Source: Octopus sinensis (lineage: Eukaryota). From it: a DNA stretch of 64,000 nt. The DNA lies in contig NC_043002.1 in NCBI RefSeq assembly GCF_006345805.1, positions 75,082,001 to 75,146,000 of the forward strand. The letters are read 5' to 3'. The notes below the pieces were generated by a model, which searched no databases, was not told where the DNA came from, and saw nothing but the letters and a program-made list of their open reading frames with translations. Shown piece after piece: positions 1 to 12,483 of this stretch. The position numbers and the translations under genes were made by a program. Numbering within the stretch: the first letter of the stretch is position 1; each line of letters begins with the position of its first letter.

Positions 1-45
1 GTGTGTGTGTGAAATGAATAATTCTCGAGATAAATTTGATTTCAG

Positions 46-97
46 GATCAAGTTGTTTGATCTTCTGTTTGTCAATGGCTATGACATTGCTTCTACA
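46..97 (+). other. Weak candidate internal exon (IKLFDLLFVNGYDIAST)
   Basis: tttgatttcag|G at 45/46 and ACA|gtaatt at 97/98; 52 nt, open in the phase-2 frame. No independent support. Confidence 0.12.
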
Positions 98-1894
98 GTA
101 ATTATTATTACTACTATTACCATCACCACCTTCAGTCCCACTTCTATCACTGTATACAATGGAGTTTGTCCAATTTGTGTTGTCTAAACTGCTTTTGTGA
201 AAGTGCTTGCAGTCAGATTTTGATGTCACACACACTGCAATGTTTGCTTAATCTTCATTCTCGGTTGTTTATACTTCAAAATTGAGAATATATCAATAAA
301 AAAAAGAAAGCAATAATAATTAGAGAAAAATAAAACCAAAAAGATAAAGAATTATGTTGTGTGAGGAAATGTCTTTGATAAATTGCTGTTTTCTCACCAA
401 ATATACTGCAGGCTATCAATTTGAGAAAGTGGGTATTGAAAAGAAACAATTAACACTTATCTATTTTTAAATCTATTATATTAATAATTTCTGACTCTAT
501 TTGATTTATTTTTATTTATTTCTCTCTTCTTTATTTAAAAAAAAAAAATTTTTTTTTCTCTTGCAATATATGAAAAGTATCTAGTTAACCTCTTTGCTAA
601 TGGAAAAATTTTGTGATTTTCTACCAATTAACACTCCTTCCTTTTCTTTCCCCTTCCTTCTCCCATCTTCATCTCTCTCTCTCTCCTCTCTCTCTCTCTC
701 CCCCCCTCCCCTTCAATTCATTCTTACTGTTTTTATCTTTTCTCTCCTCCCTCAGTTATCTTTCTCTCTAATTTCCTTGTTTCTCTCCATCTCTCTCTGT
801 TTCCTCTCTTATCACTAATGCTGTTGCTTCCAGACAAAAAGTTTTGATCAATATATATTCCCATGTTGTTGTTACTGTGTAATGGTTTATTATTTCTTTC
901 ATTAAACTGGTCTGCAGCATTTCAATTCTGCCTATCTATTTTCTTCTGCACACTTCACTTCACCTAGCTTTAATTCTCTCTGTATCATTCCATTGTTTCT
1001 TAATACCTTAAGAGTCTTTAGAAGTTACTGGTCTGCAATGTGTGCACTGACCAAACTTAGCAAATACTATAGATGATCTGTGAATGAGCAGGTACAGTGT
1101 GATGTTTCTGCTCAATAAATTGACAAGAAACTCTTGAATCCTCTCAAGCTGTTGGCAATCACTATTGTTCAGTGGTGCCTGAATTTCTCCTTTGTGTATT
1201 GCTTGCTAACAAGACAGTGTGTTCTTCTCAAGTGTTTGCTATCTGACATTTACTTTGGCTATGTCACTAACTTTTAATATCTACAGACCCTGTAATAGTA
1301 CAGTGTGTTTTTGTAACTATTTAAGTGCATTTCAAACATAGATTGTATACACAAACAGTTGGACCTAATTCGTTGCTTGAGGTTGTTGTAAGCTAGGTTA
1401 ATCTCTAATCCTGTTCATGGAGATTCTCCAGTCAATCTAAGTGACAAGGCATTGCGTTTATTCCCATTTCGTACGATAGATCTGACCGATCGACCAAGGA
1501 AAGGTCGAGGAAGGAGATGTTTAAATTGAATACACTTCTGTTTCTTAGTCACATTAGACAATATCTCTCAAGAAAATCTTCAACAGATAAATATATCTGC
1601 TTTTTAATATAGTTTGGCTTTATTTATTTAATTCTGAATATATTTCAGGTATTCTTCCTTTCTGAATACATTTCATTCTTATCTTTTTAATTTTATTTCA
1701 GTCATTTCATTCTTCATATTTCTTACCTTCTCTGTGTATTTAATCACTGTCCCTTTTCTAATTAATGCATTTTCTTCATTCGTTTAATATTATTATTTAT
1801 TCTTTTCCTTCCTCTCCCCACCTTTCATCTTTTATTTATTCACCTTTTCTGACTGTTCCTTTGATCATTACTTAAATGAAGTAAATAATCACCA

Positions 1895-2020
1895 GCTGTT
1901 GCTGTGTGGTAAGAAGTATGCTTTCCAATCACATGGCTTTGGGTTCAGTCCTACTTATCTTCTGCTATAGACCTGGGTCAAGCAAAGCCTTGTGAATGGA
2001 TTTGGTAGAAAGAAAAACTC
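1895..2020 (+). mobile_element. SINE family A, 5' fragment (tRNA-derived head)
   Basis: gctgtgtggtaagaag (A-box-like) and gggttcagtcc (B-box-like), then aagccttgtgaatggatttggtaga; matches 25857-26265. Confidence 0.7.
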
Positions 2021-3142
2021 ATGGGTTGGACTATGTGTAAAAAGAAAATGTGTGTGTATGTGTGTGTGTGTGTGCATGCATGCATGCACAGGCTGTGTGA
2101 TTAAGATGTTCACTTTGCAGTTGTGAGTTTTGGGCTCATTCCCACTCCACAGTACTATGTTCTTGTCTTCTACTATAACCTTAGGTCAACCAATGCCTTG
2201 CATAGGAATTTGGTAAACAGATTTTGTAGGAAGCTCATTGTATATGTGTGCATGAGTATTAACATTCTTCATGAATGCATCTGCACTCATGAGATGCATA
2301 TAAATGTAGAAAAAAGTATGTCCAAGCAAATACTCTCTTTGCCCAACTTTATATTGAATATAATTATTATGGTGGGTTCGGCCAAATGAAGCAGTGATAT
2401 TATTTACATTTCTTGTTGACATTGGCTTTTTCGGAGATCTGTAGAATAAGAAATTCCTTACTCGAAAACAAGGGTTGGAAACAGAAAGAGTATCCAGTTG
2501 TAGAATCCTGTTGCAAATACACCCCTATCTAAGCCATGCTAGCATGGAAAAACAGATGTTGAATGTGTAATTGAATGATACATATAATATATATGAGAGA
2601 GAGAAAGGTTTGGTGGAGAAATGGAAGTTATAGATCCAAATGCAAAGTGGAGCCTTTATAATTCCTTATATATGTTTGCTGTAAAGTTGCATAAGTGCAA
2701 AGCATTTTTCAAACCTGATAAATACCTTGTGTATCATTTTCCTATCATTATTACCCCCCTTTAACATTTTCCCTATCTGCATTTATTTCTCCAAACCTGT
2801 GGGTGTTCCACTCATTTTCTCTAAACTTTTGCCATGCTCCTCACTCCACCACCACCACCGTCAGTAAGACTTCTCATCTTTTTTCACCTCCCCGTCTTTC
2901 TCTCACTCTCTTGCTATTCCTATGGAAACACAAGGAAACATTTCATTTCTTACCAGTGAGAAAGGTTTTTGCAACATGAAATGTTAACGTTCTGTCCTTC
3001 CTCATGGTGCACAATTTATTCTACTGTTTAAACTTTTTTGTATTACTAATTGCCAACAGAGAACCGCTCTAATCTCCACAGTTTCAATAGAAAACCATTT
3101 TCATCATGGAACTATATTCCAAATGGAATAGCTATTGTTCTT

Positions 3143-3176
3143 CCAGACATTCATAAAACCAGACATTCATAAAACC
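3143..3176. repeat. Perfect 16-bp tandem duplication
   Basis: ccagacattcataaaa at 3143-3158 and 3159-3174. Confidence 0.9.
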
Positions 3177-3594
3177 ATATTTTCCCCTAAAATTCCCAAA
3201 CTTGAGTTAAAATTAGTTAGTGTTGCAGCCTTGAACTTCTATTGAGGCAACTGGCATTGCAACAACTCATTTCCTATGATTCTACCATTTAGTAACTTAG
3301 AATCGGATAACTTTTTTTTTTCTGCTCTTCCTCACTAAAGATTGATAACTTTCAGCTGGTGATTAAAGGGGAAAAAAAAAAAAAATTTAAAGCAACTTTA
3401 AACTGATAACTGTTGTGAAGTGATTTTTCACTTTAATTTTGCCACTGTCTTATTGATCGAAGGAATTAATTCAACTACCTTATTCATTAGATCACATTGA
3501 TATAGTTACTAAACGAAACATTATTCCACAATATACCGTTAGTTAGAAACAAGAACAACAGATCAGAAAAACAGCAGCATTTTGAAGACTATTG

Positions 3595-3890
3595 TTCCCA
3601 TTATGTTAATAATATTGAATATAAAGTTGACGAAGAATGTGTTTGTTTGGGCATACTTTTCTACACTTTATGTGCATCTTTTATGAATCCAATTGTATTA
3701 ATCAATTTTTATATTGTTTACATTTTTTCCCCCCTTTTGCTTTCTTAATCCTCTGTGTATTTATCTGTGTGTGTGTGTGTTTAAATGCAATCAGGTGTGC
3801 AACACATATTCACATATGCATGCATACATACACATCGTAATTATTGCTAATTGCATAGTATTTTCTACCTGCTAATAAAAAGCTATTTAA
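3595..3890 (+). repeat. Diverged local duplication, copy 1 (partner about 6632-6897)
   Basis: Shared collinear anchors ctttatgt.catct, caattgtatt.atca, cttaatcct.tgtgtat, tgcatacatacac, aagctatttaat. Confidence 0.75.
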
Positions 3891-5306
3891 TTTCCATTTA
3901 ATGCTAATGTGTGGAAGATAATTTACCTTATTAGCCCATTCATGTGAAGCAGTTCTATTAAAATGGTCACAGTGAGAGTGAGGGATAGATAGATATATAG
4001 ATAGATAGAGAGAGAGAGAGAGAAAAAATAATGCCCTTCTTTTCGCTTTGTTTCTCATTCTCTCCTCCTTCACTTCTTCAGTGCATGATATCCATTTAAA
4101 GCATGTTAAATTGCAGTGTTTAGATTGATGAAGAAACAGTGAAATGCCTCCCCTCTCAGCTAACTTGTTAATATTATAGACAGTGCTGTTGCCTAAATAC
4201 GATGTAACAAGATTGTTATTGGTCTTGTTGAATTTATATAATTTGCTGTAGTATGATAGGTAAATACATGCTAAGCCACTTCAAATTAATTTCATATTGA
4301 ATTGCACAGCTCATAAATTCATATTATTCTAACAAAAGTTTTTTCTAAAACATCTATAAAAATTTCTGAATTTTCATTTATTTATATATTCGTTGAAATA
4401 CCAAAACAAAATACATCTGAAAAAGTAAATATTTTTTTTCTTCATAGATTTTTCTGGTGTTGTTTAGCTCCAGGTTTACCCTCCAATATATTCCTTATTG
4501 TTGTATATGGTAGTGTGTGACTGAAAAAGTTGTATGTCCTTCAAGTCACCAGTTTGGGGTTCACTCAATGACTCCTATGTCTTTGGTTTTTGTGGTTCTT
4601 TAAAACATCCTCTGTTGTTATTGTTGGTGATGGTGGTCAGCTCTGATCAAGTAGAACTGTGCTTAATGGTATTTTAGTCCTGACCATGGCTATCCTGTTT
4701 TTTTCTCTCTAGACACAGAACATCTAGGACACATGTCCCAATGTATCCTTTCATTTTTTTTAAAGACTGCAAAGTTTGATTTGAGGAAGATTTGGGGTTT
4801 TTTTTTTTGTTATAATGTGGATCCTCATCCACTTGTATGTTATTGTTGGCACTGTAATATTCTCGTCACCACTATTATTTCGTGATGGTATTCTCTGTCT
4901 CGTTATCTTTGACTTGCCTAATGTGCTAATGCTGATAGCTCTGCATGACAATGACTTGAACTGTCTCCCTTGACAGTAACTCAAACTCATATATAACATG
5001 TAACTGACACCAGCTGAGAACTTGTATAGGGACTCTACTACGACTGACCTTCTACAACGACTGACTGTCTGACTTTGTCATATGGGAAAGGGAGTACCAT
5101 TTTCACTACAACACTTTAAGTATATCACTTGACTATGTTGAAGCTTACTTGCTGAGAAGTGTTCAATTAAATGCATTATATCATCATCATTTAACATCCG
5201 TTTTCCATGCTGTCATGGGTTGGAGTAGTATTCATGTATTTGTATTTCTTTATATTTTGAGTTCAAATCCACACATTTTGACCTTGCCTTTCAGAACTCC
5301 ACAGTC

Positions 5307-5707
5307 ATCATCATCACCATCATCTTTATTTTAATGCCCACTTTTTCATGCTTGTATGGGGTTAAGTGGAATTTGTCGAGGCATATTTTCTGCTGCTAGA
5401 TTTGCTTCCTGTGTCCAATTCTCACCTGTTTCCAAGCAAGCTATTTTTCTTCCAAGGCCAGACTTGTTCTATGGAAGATTGGAAACAAACAAAACCATTT
5501 GTGGTATTGTTGATGGTGACACTCTTTTACGACCATCATGTAATATCATGACAAGGGAGCACACACACATAACCTCTGCTCACAAGGTTTTGATCAGTTT
5601 AGGACTAGAGTAAAAGACATTTGTTTAGGGCTTCGTGCAGTAGGACTGAATCCAAATCCATGTGATTGGGAAGCAAACTTCTTGTCTATACAGTCATACT
5701 TGTGCCT
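5307..5707 (-). mobile_element. SINE family A' (tRNA head, (AC)n middle, RTE-like 3' tail)
   Basis: On minus, head ends near 5707; tail ...aagcatgaaaaagtgggcattaaa...(gat)n resembles the RTE 3' end at 8692-8830. Confidence 0.65.
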
Positions 5708-6134
5708 ATGAAGTATTACTTGTTTACTTGGATTGGTTTAACACTTCTTCCCAACAAGTACAAATTTCCAACTTAATTGAAATTAGTTGTATTTTTTCTT
5801 ATCTTTATACTATTTTCTTTTTTAATCCTCTCTTCCTGCCTTTTTCCTCTTTGTTTTTCCAGTTTTTGTTTCCATTTTGTGTATATTCAGCTCCTTGATC
5901 CCTTTGCTTCTACATTCAGTCTAATTTCTTCAGATTTACCTCGTTGCTTCTGATTGAATTTTTCACTAACATCATTTCTTTTAGTGTATACCCCCACCCA
6001 ACAGTTACCTTATTGGCAAAGATGAATCTTCAAAAAATAGAATTATATCTCTTTCACTAGACATTTCCGGAACAAAATTGTTGCCAAACTTTACATTTAC
6101 AGAACCTCAAAGCCACGTTGCTAATTCATGGAGC

Positions 6135-6518
6135 TTGTTTCTGTCGTTGGACTGTGGTCATTCTGGGGCAGCACTTGGATTGGTTTACTCAAACAAATCA
6201 AACCCAGTTCTATTTTTGTATTTTAAAGCATGGTATTTATTCTATTGTTGTCTTTTGCCAAACTGCTAAGTTCTGGTGACCTAAAGAAACCAATACTGAT
6301 TGCCAAACAAGGGTGGGGTAGGGTGGGTTGACAGAAACAAAGATACACACACGATAGGCTTCCACACAGTTTCTGTCTACCATATTCACTCTAAAGGCAT
6401 TGGTCGGCTTTTGAGGTATAGTAAGAGATACTTGCCCAAAGTGCAGCATATCGGGGATTGAATCTGAAACCATGTAGTTATAAACTGAGCATTTTAACTA
6501 CACACTCGTGTCTGCACC
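6135..6518 (-). mobile_element. SINE family A, degenerate near-full copy
   Basis: Collinear with 22991-23385 (ggtacttattctat...cttttgccaaactgctaag...cttgcccaa). Confidence 0.7.
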
Positions 6519-6631
6519 TGTACATGTTCATAAGAATTTAATCACAATTCATTACATAATTTATTATTTATATTGTAAATAATCTCATTACTAGAATTAT
6601 TGTCTTAATGAAGCGTTGTCTGAATCGCAGT

Positions 6632-6897
6632 ACATTCCCCAACGTAGCAATGATGTTGATTCTCTTTAACTCAAATTCCAATGTATTTGCTTTTCAACGC
6701 TTTATGTACATCTTATGGATGCAATTGTATTGATCAGTTTTTTAAATTTTATTTATATGAGTTCTTGTTTCCTTCTGCTTCCTTAATCCTGTGTGTATCT
6801 GCATGTGTGTTTAATTGCAATGAAATGTGCATACATACACTGTAAATCATTAAAAAAATCATTTATTCCAAAATGGTTGATTGTTTAAGCTATTTAA
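6632..6897 (+). repeat. Diverged local duplication, copy 2 (partner about 3595-3890)
   Basis: Same anchors as copy 1, in the same order and orientation. Confidence 0.75.
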
Positions 6898-7994
6898 TCA
6901 AACAATTTATCTAAAAGATATGAAGAAACATTAACATGCATAGTAAGGAAAACAGAAGACCTATCATGTATTAATTCCATAACAATCAAAAATGTTTATG
7001 CCTCTCTTTCTACCAGTTGTGGTGACAAGACTGCTGTTATTTATTAGTTTTCCATGCAGCAAGCCACACCCACCTCTTTCTTTCTCTACTACAATTTCTT
7101 TGGCTTGCACACTCCAACACTATGCTACTCTTGTTTTTGAGAGGATACTCTCCACAAATCTACCTAATATTTATTCTTTTAATACTGCTGGAAATTTTCT
7201 TAATTTTATTTTTTTTCTTTCTCTTCTCTTTATTTTTTTTTCCAAGAAGTTTTCCATATAATTTAGTTATATTCTGCACTCATTCTTCCATGGCTTTTTG
7301 TCCATTGCAAGCATAGAGATTGTAACAAGGATGATGGTGGAGGAGTTTACATTACTAAAACATTGATGATGAGAAAGAGCTATATATAAAAAAAAAAAAT
7401 GGTCCCAATACTTCCATATATAAATTAAATATATTTCTTTGCAAGGAAAAAAATACAGAGCAAGATAAACTATAAACATTATATCAATTTATTTATCTAT
7501 TTATTTTATATTTGTAAATATATTTCCCTTTCTTGTTATTTTATTATATATTTTTAAAAATACTCCTTGATCTATTTCTTTTTATTTTGGTTTTATCCAT
7601 AAATTTACTATGTAAACCAGTTATCTTTTTGTCATTATTATTATTATTTTTTTAAAACATTTTTTGTTAATGCAATAATTATAGCCTGAGAGGATTGTGG
7701 GTCATATCTGAAGTGTTTATAGAATAGTTTTATACTTGTTTAGTTGGTCTCAGAGTGAGAGAGAGGGAGGGAGATTGATTTCAAACTAAATATATTTAAC
7801 TGTTTGATTGGTTTTTTTCACTGCCTTTTTATTTATTATTTTCTTCTATATCAGAGGTTGGCTTGCTGTCACTTATTGGTTACTTCACTCACCTCCTTCC
7901 TTCAACTACTGGCAGCCAAATCTAATACAGTTATCCTTATATATGAGACATTTGTGCATTTGCTTGAGTATGTACATGCCTTCCTACAAGTATA

Positions 7995-8036
<42 letters not shown>

Positions 8037-8691
8037 TGTGTATACTTGCTAACATGTACATAACACACACCATGTAATTTTGTGAGTATCGGTGACAAAT
8101 GCACTGCAGTGGTTGTTTGCCTTAGCAGGTAACTTTACTGTTAATGCGTACAGCTTATTTGATTTATTTGAGGCCAGTTTGAAAAGTAAACAAAATATTG
8201 GGTTGCAAAGACAGGTAAATGGCAGAGTGTACTTCAATGTTGAAATGACACAAAACCATTTCCTCATCCACTGTCCAATATTTATTAACTTTTATTTTAT
8301 TTTAATTTTTCTTTTTTCAAACCTATATTTTTCAGTTTGAAATCTGTTTCTTCTTTATAATCACAAGATGTTTTTACACTACTGTTCTTAAAAAACTTAC
8401 TCTCATGCACACCCTGCTCCTTTTTCTTAATGCTCAATGTTACCCGTTTAACCCTTTTTTTTTGTACCCATTGTTTAGGTTCTTTTCTTCTACAAGTTTT
8501 CTTTTCTACTCAGCTTCTTTTTTTCAACCTCCTCCTGGTTGTATTCACATGGGTATGCATACGTGTCAAGTTTTTCTCTTCTAGTCTAAGGCCACTTGCT
8601 AACATAAGCAGTGGGTAAGGCTGGTTTTTGTGGTTTGAAGAGATGCATTTCAAAGAATGCTCTATTTTCTCAACTATTAGACTCTTCCAGA

Positions 8692-9730
8692 TTCATCAAC
8701 ATCATTATTATTGAATATCTGTTGTCCATGCTTGCGTGGGTTGAATTGTTTGACTGGGTTGGCACACTGGAAGGCTACACCAGACTCCAGTCTTATTTTG
8801 TATGGTTTTCTACAGCTGGATGCCCTCCTAACACCAACCACTCCGAGAATGTAATGGGTGATTTTACATGCCACCAGCGTGACACCAGGGTGCTTTTACA
8901 TGTCCTTACCATGGGTGCCAATTTGTGTGACACCAGTATCTGTCACAACTGTGATTTTTCTCAGCTTGATGTGTCTTCTTCTCAAGCACAACATAATGCC
9001 AAAGGTCTTGGTCATTGCCTCCATGAGGCCCAATGCTCGAAAAGAACTCAGCCACTTTGCCTTTGTGAGGCCCACTGCTTGAAAGGTGTTCTTTACATGC
9101 CACCAGCATGGGTGCACTTGGCTTCACTGGTCCTCTCAAGCACAGCACATCACTGAAGGTCTCGGTCACTAGTCATTGCCTCTGTTAAGCTCAAAGTTTG
9201 AGGATCATGCTTCAATGCCTTGTTTTATGTCTTCCTGGGTCTACTTCTATCACAGGTTCCTTCCACAGAGATCGACACTTCTTTACACAGCTGTACTCGC
9301 CCTTACACATCACATGACCATTACAGTGCAGTCGTCTCTCTTGCACACCACATATGATGCCTCTTATGCCTAACTTTACTCTTGAGATGCTTACACTCTG
9401 TCAAACATGCACACTGACATTGTACACATCCAGCGAAGCACTCTGGCTTCATTTCTTTCAAGCCTGTGCATGTCTTTGGCTGTCACAGCCCATGTTTCGC
9501 TGCTATGCAGCATAACTGTTTGCACTCTGCTATCAAACAATCTGCCTTTCACTCTGAGAGAGAGACCTTTTGTTGCCAGCAGGGATAGGAGCTCTCTGAA
9601 CTTTGCTCATCCTAATCTTATTCTCACAGCTACGCTCTTGGATCATCCACCTCCACTACTAACTTGGTCTCCTAGATACCAGAAGCTATCTATTACCTCT
9701 AGCTTGTCCCTCTGGCAGTTGATGGAGTCT
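8692..9730 (-). mobile_element. 5'-truncated, decayed RTE-clade LINE (RT C-terminal region, 3' UTR, (GAT)n-like tail)
   Basis: Minus-strand translation from 9729: DSINCQRDKLEVIDSFWYLGDQVSSGGG*SKSVAVRIRLG*AKFRELLSLLATKGLSLRVKGRLFDSRVQTVMLHSSETWAVTAKDMHRLERNEARVLRWMC. This has the F.YLG motif and downstream region typical of RTE/BovB-like RT, with stops and a frameshift near 9420. Tail at about 8692-8712. Confidence 0.9.
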
Positions 9731-11274
9731 CAAAATAAAAAAAGAGAAGACAAAAATGCCATGCACCTTAATTCTGTATTAAGTATAATGCCTTACTTCT
9801 ACCTTGCTGTTATTTTTCCATGATCTCTCATTTTCACATCAGTTGAGTATCTTATTTAAACTTTGTATAAAATAACTTTGAGAAAGGTTTAATACTGCAA
9901 ATATTAGATAGCATTACATGACCATCTGTTGCCAGTCATATACATATTTGCATATTTCTGAGGAATATCTCTCTATTTCTGTCTTTTATGAAATGTGGTC
10001 AACATGTAATCGTCAGTAGTAAGCTAGTGTAAGTGAATGATCAGTTGTCATCTTAATTTGCTACAAAAACACACTTATCACTTTTCAAAGATTAGATGTG
10101 ATGGGCATAATTGGAATTAGCACTGATGCCAGTGTTAAGCCTTAACACTGGGACTCTGGGGCTTTCTGGATCTCATACTCACAAGTTTCAGTTTTACCAG
10201 TGACCTCTACAATGTCAGTATGTTAAAGAACTCTCCCCTCCCCAATAATTGAGAAAATAGCGATATAAGGCCCTCAAAGGTTTTGCCACATTATTTTCTT
10301 TTATAGCTTTTTAAGCATAAATGGAATTGACATATTTGCATTGATTGTAGAACATGTTCTTTTGGACACACCCAATGGCTTGTTGCAAAACTGTGAAAAT
10401 GAAACAAGAATACAGTATGGTTTTTGGTGTTCTGTTGAATGATTAGTGTTAGGTTGTTTAATGTGATGCATGCAAATGTATGTATATAGACAGTGAGTAG
10501 AGTATGTTCTCATACTATTATTCACTGGCTGTCATATAGCAATGCAAAGCAATCATAAATGTCTCCACATGTAATCACTTTTAAGTACAGAATCTCATAT
10601 ACTGATACTGTATTAACACACTCATATTTGCAGGCACATGCAAACTCCAGAGAGTGTCAACTGAAAAGGACTTGTTTGTAGTGCTTCTTGCTCAAGATTT
10701 AAGTAAATATTACATGAATATACTAAGCTGTAGTTTATGCAGTAATAATAATAGAAGACTTATCCCCAGAGAGAGAGGTGGGGAAGAGAGAGAGAGAATC
10801 AATACTTTTACATTGATTGTTGGAACAAACATACACTCAAAGGAAACATTTGAAAAGGAGAATAAATTTCAGTGGAAAACACAGGATAATTGTTTATCTT
10901 TGTTGCTTAACATATGTTCTTGAGTTTATAGGAAGAAATTAAAGATAGAGTTTGGAATAGATATTAATATCTCTCCTCCTGATTATTCATATGTAGTAAT
11001 ATGGATGAGATGGTGAAATGATTTACCACAGCTGAATTTCTGCTGGGAGAATATGGGTGGGGGGGAGTTTCTGCATGATATCCTTTGTTCACTATTTACA
11101 TTTGGTTTGACTGAAGCATTAATTTTTATGTGACATACCTAAAGAGGGTGTGCAATTCATTATTGGTTGTGGAGGTATTATACTTGTTAGCTGACCAGCT
11201 AGCACCAAACTTTTACATACCAGCCTCCTTGGTAATGACATCATGGCATAGATGATGGTTAACCAGACTTCCAA

Positions 11275-11640
11275 TTCCCCATTGCTTGCATGGGTCAGAG
11301 GAAATTTGTTGATGCAGTTTTTCTATGGCCAGATGCCCTCCTTGATGCCAACTCTCACTTTTTCCAAGCAAAGTAATATTTTTCCCATCACCAGTCATGT
11401 GTTTTTCCGAAAAACTTGAAACAAACAACACAGCTTGCATGAGAGAGATGCTCATTCATACCTCTCACATGTTAAGACAAGGACATGCACGTGCAGTCAC
11501 ACACACATGTACGCACATACACACACTTCTTTCAGCCTACCAAATCCACTCGTAGGGCTGTAGTAGAAGACACAGGGTGCTGTGCAGTGGAGCTGAAGAG
11601 AAGACCACATGATTGGTAAGCCAACCTAACCACACAGTTG
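11275..11640 (-). mobile_element. SINE family A' degenerate copy
   Basis: Head ...ccaacctaaccacacag at 11620-11638; tail tttctatggccagatgccctcc...gatgccaac matches the RTE-like tail. Confidence 0.6.
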
Positions 11641-12401
11641 ATTTAGTACATCTTGGTTTCCAGATTCCATATTGGTATTGAATTTGCTTTGTGTTTTACT
11701 TGGTTTAATATTACACAATATTTCTCAATAAGGTAATTATTGAGTAATATATTGAAATTAAACTGAAGTTTCCAGTGATGTAAAACAAGAAAATAAAAGT
11801 GGGTGTGTGTACCCCCTCCCCTCCCACCAAAAATAAATGTAAATCTTATTATTAAGAAAGAAATTATGTCAGACTTTGTATCAAAATATTGGCTGGAATT
11901 CAAAAGGTTTAGATTGCAATGACATAATGCTGTAGTGATCATATGACAGCTGTTATTTAGCCCTAGGTCTACTTTTACCAGGTAGGCTTATATTATAATT
12001 AAAGGTATTTTAGACATGGTTGTATTGAGCTTTTGCTTATCTGTTTTTCACGTGCTCTTCTTTTTTAAGATATTAGGGTATGATTAGAAGAAGCATTGTC
12101 TACTATTTCTAGCACGTTGAACAGCCATGTTGAGGTTTCCTCATTGGTTTATATAATCTGTTAGAAGTTAGTATTGAGGTAGGAGTGTATCAACCTTGGA
12201 TAATCGACACTGATAATGGAAATCTGGTTTCAAATAGGATAATAATAATAATAATAATAATAATGCATTTCAGCAAAGAGCAAAACAAAAACAAAGAAGC
12301 AATTAAAAGAAAGGTGGCATAGGGAAAGGGTGGAGTAGAGGCAGGGTGTGGGTAATAAAATAGATGTCAGGATGGCCTGTTGAATTCTTACTGTTTGTCA
12401 G

Positions 12402-12483
12402 GAATACTGTGCTTCTGAAGATCAGTTGTCAATAGTGAGAGTCAATAACAGAGTTGCCATGACTGCAGATAATTCTCAGCTGT
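12402..12483 (+). CDS. Candidate internal coding exon (EYCASEDQLSIVRVNNRVAMTADNSQL), product unknown
   Basis: Acceptor ttcttactgtttgtcag|G, donor T|gtatgt; 82 nt, only the phase-0 frame is open, non-repetitive composition. No homology recognised. Confidence 0.22.

Noticed and set aside
1-225. Open minus-strand frame running off the window edge (...SNVIAIDKQKIKQLDPEIKFISRIIHF...)
   Set aside because: No ATG or convincing splice sites, partly built from (AAT/GGT) simple repeats, ends in (AC)n; no recognised homology.
8611-9156. Longest ORF in the track (181 aa, plus strand)
   Set aside because: It is the antisense of the decayed RTE LINE 3' region.
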